DNA of 33,122 nucleotides from a virus: UHGV virus genome UHGV-0150051; one strand, 5' to 3'. Shown piece by piece: positions 26,673 to 33,122 of this stretch (position 1 is its first letter; each line of letters starts with the position of its first letter). The notes under the pieces were generated by a model. It saw only the letters and a program-made list of their open reading frames with translations, ran no database searches and was not told where the DNA came from. The position numbers and the translations under genes were made by a program.

Positions 26673-26768
26673 TCTGTTGTTTCATCCACTGACCAGTCAG
26701 GACAAATAGCGTCTCATGCCCTGCACAACTGAAAATACCACTCACCCATTAACCACGGAGTTAAACGG

Positions 26769-27959
26769 ATGAGTGATTATCATCACGGTGTGCAGGTGCT
26801 GGAGATTAACGACGGCACCCGCGTCATTTCCACCGTATCCACCGCCATTGTCGGCATGGTCTGCACGGCCAGCGATGCGGATGCGGAAACCTTCCCCGTC
26901 AATAAACCGGTGCTGATTACCAATGTGCAGAGCGCAATTGCAAAGGCCGGTAAAAAAGGCACGCTGGCGGCGTCGTTGCAGGCTATCGCCGACCAGTCAA
27001 AACCGGTCACTGTTGTCGTGCGTGTGGAAGACGGCACCGGCGACGACGAGGAAACGAAACTCGCGCAGACCGTTTCCAATATCATCGGCACCACTGACGA
27101 AAACGGTCAGTACACCGGACTGAAAGCCCTGATGGGGGCTGAGTCGGTTACCGGCGTTAAACCGCGCATTCTTGGTGTGCCGGGGCTGGACACCAAAGAG
27201 GTTGCCGTCGCACTGGCATCGGTATGCCAGGAACTGAATGCATTCGGGTATATCAGCGCATGGGGCTGTAAAACCATTTCCGAGGCAAAAGCCTACCGTC
27301 AGAATTTCAGCCAGCGTGAGCTGATGGTCATCTGGCCGGATTTCCTCGCATGGGATACGGTTACCAGTACCACTGCCACCGCGTATGCCACCGCCCGTGC
27401 GCTGGGGCTGCGTGCCAAAATCGACCAGGAGCAGGGCTGGCATAAAACGCTGTCCAACGTCGGGGTAAATGGTGTTACCGGCATCAGCGCCTCTGTATTC
27501 TGGGATTTGCAGAAGTCCGGCACTGATGCTGACCTGCTTAACGAGTCAGGCATCACTACGCTGATTCGCCGCGACGGCTTCCGCTTCTGGGGTAACCGTA
27601 CCTGCTCTGATGACCCGCTGTTCCTCTTTGAAAGCTACACCCGCACCGCGCAGGTACTGGCCGACACGATGGCCGAGGCGCACATGTGGGCTATTGATAA
27701 GCCAATTACCGCAACGCTGATTCGTGACATCATTGATGGCATTAATGCCAAATTCCGCGAACTGAAAAACAACGGTTATATCGTGGATGGCACATGCTGG
27801 TTCAGTGAAGAAGCCAATGATGCGGAAACCCTCAAGGCCGGAAAACTGTATATCGACTACGACTATACCCCGGTGCCTCCTCTCGAAAACCTGACCCTGC
27901 GCCAGCGTATTACTTCCAGATACCTGGCAAGTCTGGTTACCTCGGTTAACAGCAATTAA
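26769..27959 (+). CDS. FI: Tail sheath protein FI
   Basis: 396-aa ORF (P2 FI is 396 aa), followed by the tube gene. Confidence 0.95.
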   Translation: MSDYHHGVQVLEINDGTRVISTVSTAIVGMVCTASDADAETFPVNKPVLITNVQSAIAKAGKKGTLAASLQAIADQSKPVTVVVRVEDGTGDDEETKLAQTVSNIIGTTDENGQYTGLKALMGAESVTGVKPRILGVPGLDTKEVAVALASVCQELNAFGYISAWGCKTISEAKAYRQNFSQRELMVIWPDFLAWDTVTSTTATAYATARALGLRAKIDQEQGWHKTLSNVGVNGVTGISASVFWDLQKSGTDADLLNESGITTLIRRDGFRFWGNRTCSDDPLFLFESYTRTAQVLADTMAEAHMWAIDKPITATLIRDIIDGINAKFRELKNNGYIVDGTCWFSEEANDAETLKAGKLYIDYDYTPVPPLENLTLRQRITSRYLASLVTSVNSN

Positions 27960-27971
27960 GGAGCCTGACCG

Positions 27972-28490
27972 ATGGCAATGCCGCGCAAACTCAAGTTAAT
28001 GAACGTCTTTCTGAACGGCTACAGCTATCAGGGCGTTGCAAAGTCCGTCACGCTGCCAAAACTGACCCGTAAGCTCGAAAACTATCGCGGTGCGGGGATG
28101 AACGGCAGCGCACCGGTAGACCTCGGCCTTGATGACGATGCGCTGTCAATGGAGTGGTCGCTCGGGGGCTTCCCGGATTCGGTTATCTGGGAGCTTTACG
28201 CCGCAACCGGTGTGGATGCCGTGCCGATTCGTTTTGCAGGCTCTTACCAGCGTGACGATACCGGCGAAACGGTGGCCGTCGAGGTGGTCATGCGTGGCCG
28301 TCAGAAAGAAATCGACACCGGCGAGGGTAAACAGGGAGAAGACACCGAGTCGAAAATCTCCGTGGTCTGCACCTATTTCCGGCTGACGATGGACGGTAAG
28401 GAGCTGGTCGAAATTGACACCATCAACATGATTGAGAAGGTGAACGGCGTCGACCGGCTGGAGCAACACCGCCGCAATATCGGCCTGTGA
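27972..28490 (+). CDS. FII: Tail tube protein FII
   Basis: 172-aa ORF (P2 FII is 172 aa). Confidence 0.95.
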   Translation: MAMPRKLKLMNVFLNGYSYQGVAKSVTLPKLTRKLENYRGAGMNGSAPVDLGLDDDALSMEWSLGGFPDSVIWELYAATGVDAVPIRFAGSYQRDDTGETVAVEVVMRGRQKEIDTGEGKQGEDTESKISVVCTYFRLTMDGKELVEIDTINMIEKVNGVDRLEQHRRNIGL

Positions 28491-28547
28491 TTTTCATCCG
28501 GTCAGCCAGGCTGACCGGTTAACCCCCGATTCAGAAGTGAGAAAACC

Positions 28548-28823
28548 ATGAACAAAGAAAATGTGATTACCCTGGACAATCCGGTCAAGCGTGGTGAGCA
28601 GGTCATCGAACAGGTCACGCTGATGAAACCCAATGCCGGGACGCTGCGCGGTGTCAGTCTGGCTGCGGTCGCAAACTCCGAAGTCGATGCACTGATTAAA
28701 GTGCTGCCGCGCATGACGGCACCGATGCTGACCGAGCAGGAAGTCGCCGCGCTGGAACTGCCTGACCTTGTGGCGCTGGCCGGTAAGGTGGTCGGTTTTT
28801 TGTCGCCGAACTCGGTGCAGTAA
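28548..28823 (+). CDS. E: Tail assembly chaperone E
   Basis: 91-aa ORF immediately upstream of the tape measure gene; slippery TTTTTTG near its 3' end. Confidence 0.9.
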   Translation: MNKENVITLDNPVKRGEQVIEQVTLMKPNAGTLRGVSLAAVANSEVDALIKVLPRMTAPMLTEQEVAALELPDLVALAGKVVGFLSPNSVQ

Positions 28824-28975
28824 CGTTTCCGAAAAATCTGTCGGTCGATGACCTGATGGCGGATGTGGCAGTGATATTTCACTGGCCGCCATCAGAACTG
28901 TATCCCATGAGTCTGAGCGAACTCATCACATGGCGCGAAAAGGCGCTCCGGCGAAGCGGAAACACGAATGAGTAA
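28548..28975 (+). CDS. E+E' frameshift product (programmed -1 frameshift at TTTTTTG, 28796-28802)
   Basis: I translated the -1 frame from the slippery heptamer: FVAELGAVTFPKNLSVDDLMADVAVIFHWPPSELYPMSLSELITWREKALRRSGNTNE, stop at 28973-28975, overlapping the T start. This is the conserved tail-chaperone frameshift arrangement. Confidence 0.7.
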
Positions 28976-31415
28976 CAATGTAAAATTAAAGGTATTGCTC
29001 AGGGCTGTTGACCAGGCATCCCGCCCGTTTAAATCCATCCGCACAGCGAGTAAGTCGCTGTCGGGGGACATCCGGGAAACACAAAAATCGCTGCGCGAGC
29101 TGAACGGTCACGCATCCCGTATTGAGGGATTCCGCAAGACCAGTGCACAGCTAGCCGTGACTGGTCAGGAACTGAAAAAAGCCAGACAGGAAGCCGCAGC
29201 TCTGGCTGTCCAGTTTACAAATACTGAACGACCGACAAATGCACAGGCAAAGGCAATGGAAGCCGCGCGTAAAAACGCGTCTGAGTTACAGGCGAAATAT
29301 AACAGCCTGAGATTGTCGGTACAGCGCCAGCGTCAGGAATTGAGTCAGGCGGGTATTAATACCCGTAATCTGGCGCATGATGAACGAGGGCTGAAAAATC
29401 GTATCAGCGAAACCACCACACAGCTTAACCGTCAGCGTGATGCGCTGGCGCGTGTCAGTGCGCAACAGGCAAAACTTAATGCAGTAAAACAGCGTTATCA
29501 GGTCGGAAAGGAACTGGCCGGAAATATGGCCTCGGTGGGCGCTGCCGGTGTGGGTATTGCGGCGGCGGGAACGATGGCCGGAGTTAAGCTGCTGATGCCC
29601 GGTTATGAGTTTGCGCAGAAAAACTCAGAATTACAGGCCGTGCTCGGTGTGGAAAAAGACTCTGCCGAAATGGCCGCGCTACGCAAGCAGGCGCGCCAGC
29701 TCGGCGACAATACCGCCGCCTCGGCAGATGATGCAGCCGGTGCACAGATTATCATCGCGAAAGCGGGTGGGGATGTTGATGCCATTCAGGCGGCAACGCC
29801 GGTCACGCTGAACATGGCGCTGGCGAACCGCCGCACGATGGAAGAAAACGCCGCCCTGCTGATGGGGATGAAATCCGCCTTTCAGCTTTCAAACGATAAG
29901 GTCGCTCATATCGGGGATGTTCTCTCCATGACGATGAACAAAACCGCCGCCGATTTTGATGGCATGAGCGATGCGCTGACCTATGCCGCACCTGTATCAA
30001 AAAATGCTGGTGTCAGCATTGAAGAAACCGCCGCAATGGTCGGGGCGCTGCATGATGCAAAAATTACCGGTTCAATGGCGGGGACGGGAAGCCGTGCCGT
30101 GTTAAGCCGCCTGCAGGCACCGACGGGAAAAGCATGGGATGCACTGAAAGAGCTTGGCGTGAAAACCTCAGACAGTAAGGGAAACACCCGGCCAGTATTT
30201 ACCATTCTGAAAGAAATGCAGGCCAGCTTTGAGAAAAACCGGCTCGGTACTGCCCAGCAGGCTGAATACATGAAAACCATTTTCGGGGAGGAGGCCAGTT
30301 CAGCCGCCGCCGTGCTGATGACTGCCGCCTCAACCGGAAAGCTGGACAAACTGACCGCTGCGTTTAAAGCCTCAGACGGAAAGACCGCAGAGCTGGTAAA
30401 TATCATGCAGGACAACCTCGGCGGTGACTTTAAGGAGTTTCAGTCCGCTTATGAGGCGGTGGGGACTGACCTGTTTGACCAGCAGGAAGGCGCACTGCGT
30501 AAGCTCACGCAGACGGCCACAAAGTATGTGTTAAAACTCGACGGCTGGATCCAGAAAAACAAATCACTGGCGTCAACCATCGGCCTTATTGTCGGTGGTG
30601 CACTGGCGCTTACTGGCATCATCGGTGCAATTGGTCTTGTAGCCTGGCCGGTTATCACCGGCATTAATGCCATCATCGCGGCAGCAGGCGCAATGGGGGC
30701 AGTCTTCACGACGGTTGGCAGTGCTGTTATGACCGCCATCGGGGCGATTAGCTGGCCGGTTGTGGCCGTGGTGGCCACCATTGTCGCCGGGGCGTTGCTT
30801 ATCCGTAAATACTGGGAGCCTGTCAGCGCATTCTTTGGCGGTGTGGTTGAAGGGCTGAAAGCAGCATTTGCGCCAGTGGGGGAACTGTTCACGCCACTTA
30901 AGCCGGTGTTTGACTGGCTGGGTGAAAAGTTACAGGCCGCGTGGCAGTGGTTTAAAAACCTGATTGCCCCGGTCAAAGCTACCCAGGACACCCTGAACCG
31001 TTGCCGTGACACGGGCGTCATGTTCGGGCAGGCACTGGCTGACGCGCTGATGCTGCCGCTTAATGCGTTCAACAAACTGCGCAGTGGTATTGACTGGGTA
31101 CTGGAAAAACTCGGTGTTATCAACAAAGAGTCAGACACACTTGACCAGACCGCCGCCAGAACTCAAGCCGCCACGTATGGCAGCGGTGGTTATATTCCGG
31201 CGACCAGCTCTTATGCAGGTTATCAGGCTTATCAGCCGGTCACGGCACCGGCTGGCCGCTCTTATGTGGACCAGAGTAAAAACGAATATCACATCAGCCT
31301 GACGGGTGGTACTGCACCGGGGACACAGCTTGACCGCCAGTTACAGGATGCGCTCGAAAAATACGAGCGGGATAAACGTGCGCGCGCCCGTGCCAGCATG
31401 ATGCATGACGGTTAA
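28968..31415 (+). CDS. T: Tail tape measure protein T
   Basis: 815-aa ORF (P2 T is 815 aa), Ala/Gly-rich with hydrophobic segments. Confidence 0.95.
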   Translation: MSNNVKLKVLLRAVDQASRPFKSIRTASKSLSGDIRETQKSLRELNGHASRIEGFRKTSAQLAVTGQELKKARQEAAALAVQFTNTERPTNAQAKAMEAARKNASELQAKYNSLRLSVQRQRQELSQAGINTRNLAHDERGLKNRISETTTQLNRQRDALARVSAQQAKLNAVKQRYQVGKELAGNMASVGAAGVGIAAAGTMAGVKLLMPGYEFAQKNSELQAVLGVEKDSAEMAALRKQARQLGDNTAASADDAAGAQIIIAKAGGDVDAIQAATPVTLNMALANRRTMEENAALLMGMKSAFQLSNDKVAHIGDVLSMTMNKTAADFDGMSDALTYAAPVSKNAGVSIEETAAMVGALHDAKITGSMAGTGSRAVLSRLQAPTGKAWDALKELGVKTSDSKGNTRPVFTILKEMQASFEKNRLGTAQQAEYMKTIFGEEASSAAAVLMTAASTGKLDKLTAAFKASDGKTAELVNIMQDNLGGDFKEFQSAYEAVGTDLFDQQEGALRKLTQTATKYVLKLDGWIQKNKSLASTIGLIVGGALALTGIIGAIGLVAWPVITGINAIIAAAGAMGAVFTTVGSAVMTAIGAISWPVVAVVATIVAGALLIRKYWEPVSAFFGGVVEGLKAAFAPVGELFTPLKPVFDWLGEKLQAAWQWFKNLIAPVKATQDTLNRCRDTGVMFGQALADALMLPLNAFNKLRSGIDWVLEKLGVINKESDTLDQTAARTQAATYGSGGYIPATSSYAGYQAYQPVTAPAGRSYVDQSKNEYHISLTGGTAPGTQLDRQLQDALEKYERDKRARARASMMHDG

Positions 31416-31429
31416 GGAGGTGACGAAAA

Positions 31430-31909
31430 ATGATGCTCGCGTTAGGTATGTTTGTTTTTATGCGCCAGACGCTGCCACACCAGACCATGCAGCGTGAATC
31501 AGATTATCGCTGGCCGTCAAATTCCCGTATCGGTAAACGGGATGCCTACCAGTTTCTCGGCGTTGGTGAGGAAAACATGACGCTTGCCGGTGTGCTTTAT
31601 CCCGAACTGACCGGCGGCAAGCTGACGATGACCACGCTCAGACTGATGGCAGAGGAAGGCCGGGCGTGGCCGTTGCTGGATGGCACAGGCATGATTTACG
31701 GCATGTATGTCATCAGCAGGGTGAGTGAAACAGGGAGTATTTTCTTTGCAGACGGCACACCCCGGAAAATTGATTTTACGCTGTCACTCACCCGCGTGGA
31801 TGAATCACTGGCCGCGCTTTATGGCGATATCGGTAAACAGGCAGAATCGCTCATCGGTAAGGCTGGCAGTATGGCGACTAAATTCACGGGGATGACGGGG
31901 GCGGAATAA
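31430..31909 (+). CDS. U: Tail protein U
   Basis: 159-aa ORF (P2 U is 159 aa). Confidence 0.93.
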   Translation: MMLALGMFVFMRQTLPHQTMQRESDYRWPSNSRIGKRDAYQFLGVGEENMTLAGVLYPELTGGKLTMTTLRLMAEEGRAWPLLDGTGMIYGMYVISRVSETGSIFFADGTPRKIDFTLSLTRVDESLAALYGDIGKQAESLIGKAGSMATKFTGMTGAE

Positions 31910-33072
31910 TGCTGGATGCGCTGACATTTGATGCAGGCAGTACGCTGACGCCGGATTACATGCTGATGCTCGACAGCAGGGATATTACCGGCAATATCAG
32001 CGACCGTCTGATGAGTATGACCCTGACGGATAACCGGGGCTTTGAGGCTGACCAGCTTGATATTGAACTGAACGATGCCGACGGGCAGGTCGGGCTGCCG
32101 GTTCGTGGCGCTGTCCTGACGGTGTATATCGGCTGGAAAGGTTTTGCCCTGGTATGCAAAGGGAAATTCACCGTTGATGAGGTTGAACACCGGGGCGCAC
32201 CGGATGTGGTCACCATCCGCGCCCGGAGTGCAGATTTTCGCGGGACGCTCAATTCCCGCCGTGAAGGCTCATGGCATGACACCACGCTCGGTGCGATTGT
32301 TGAGGCGATAGCCTCCCGTAACAGGCTGGAAGCCAGTGTCGCGCCGTCACTGGCAGGAATTAAAATCCCGCACATCGACCAGTCGCAGGAGTCTGATGCG
32401 AAATTCCTGACCCGTCTTGCTGAACGCAACGGCGGTGAGGTGTCGGTAAAAATGGGAAAACTGCTGTTTCTCAAAGCGGGGCAGGGGGTGACGGCCAGCG
32501 GTAAAAAAATCCCGCAGATTACCATCACCCGCAGCGACGGCGACCGTCATCATTTTGCGATTGCTGACCGCGGAGCCTATACAGGCGTAACGGCAAAGTG
32601 GTTACACACCAAAGACCCGAAACCGCAAAAGCAGAAGGTAAAACTGAAACGCAAAAAGAAAGAGAAACACCTGCGCGCACTGGAGCACCCGAACGCGAAA
32701 CCGGTCAGGCAGAAGAAAGCGCCTAAAGTACCGGAAGCGCGTGAAGGTGAATACATGGCCGGTGAGGCTGACAACGTTTTTGCCCTGACCACGGTATATG
32801 CCACGAAAGCGCAGGCCATGCGCGCCGCTCAGGCGAAGTGGGATAAGCTGCAACGGGGCGTTGCGGAGTTCTCCATCAGTCTGGCTACCGGTCGTGCTGA
32901 TATTTACACGGAAACACCGGTTAAAGTGTCAGGCTTTAAGCGCGTCATAGACGAGCAGGACTGGACAATCACTAAGGTGACACATTTTCTGAATAATAGC
33001 GGCTTCACGACGTCCTTGGAGCTTGAGGTCAGGCTTTCTGATGTGGAGTACGAAACAGAAGATGATGAGTGA
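31909..33072 (+). CDS. D: Tail protein D (late-gene-region terminal gene)
   Basis: 387-aa ORF (P2 D is 387 aa); last gene before the AT-rich region where P2 ogr would follow. Confidence 0.93.
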   Translation: MLDALTFDAGSTLTPDYMLMLDSRDITGNISDRLMSMTLTDNRGFEADQLDIELNDADGQVGLPVRGAVLTVYIGWKGFALVCKGKFTVDEVEHRGAPDVVTIRARSADFRGTLNSRREGSWHDTTLGAIVEAIASRNRLEASVAPSLAGIKIPHIDQSQESDAKFLTRLAERNGGEVSVKMGKLLFLKAGQGVTASGKKIPQITITRSDGDRHHFAIADRGAYTGVTAKWLHTKDPKPQKQKVKLKRKKKEKHLRALEHPNAKPVRQKKAPKVPEAREGEYMAGEADNVFALTTVYATKAQAMRAAQAKWDKLQRGVAEFSISLATGRADIYTETPVKVSGFKRVIDEQDWTITKVTHFLNNSGFTTSLELEVRLSDVEYETEDDE

Positions 33073-33122
33073 TGTTTTTATTTTATCTGTTTGTTTTATA
33101 AGGATAAATTAACTAAAATGGC

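Noticed and set aside
26339-26689. 116-aa minus-strand ORF in the spacer upstream of FI
   Set aside because: Pro/Ser/His-rich low-complexity product, no convincing RBS, and a strong GC hairpin terminator (26645-26672) lies inside it. Probably not coding; the plus-strand 91-aa ORF is kept only as a weak candidate.
1-33122. tRNA, rRNA, CRISPR arrays, insertion sequences or transposase genes
   Set aside because: No cloverleaf-like conserved tRNA features, no repeat-spacer arrays, and no ORFs with transposase-like motifs or terminal inverted repeats were seen; the cargo loci look like simple moron insertions rather than IS elements.

Overview
The window is an almost complete P2-like (Peduovirus-type) temperate phage genome in prophage orientation, running from the integrase to tail gene D. 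In order: int (-), repressor C (-), the Pe/operator switch, cox, B, orf80-83 and the rolling-circle initiator A (+); a cargo island; the cos site; portal Q and terminase P (-); then the rightward late genes O N M L X Y K lysA lysB lysC R S, a second cargo gene, V W J I H, a third cargo island, and FI FII E/E' T U D. Gene identities rest on ORF lengths, synteny and motifs that I recognise from memory of phage P2; no search was run. The backbone looks GC-balanced, and the three cargo loci are visibly AT-rich, transcribed against the flanking phage genes, and sit where P2 carries tin/old, orf30 and G-Z/fun. The most interesting candidates are: (1) a single 735-aa Rad50/SMC-like ABC ATPase with a long coiled coil, a CPFC hook-like motif and a C-terminal domain of unknown function, in place of tin/old; (2) a 261-aa three-helix membrane protein between S and V; (3) a family-2 glycosyltransferase split exactly at an (AGCC)4 tetranucleotide tract, where losing one unit would restore a single ~430-aa reading frame, suggesting phase variation or a recent frameshift. 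The tail fibre H keeps a P2-like N-terminus but has a new central region and a C-terminal intramolecular-chaperone-like domain, and no separate G chaperone gene is present. No tRNA, rRNA, CRISPR array or transposase was seen.
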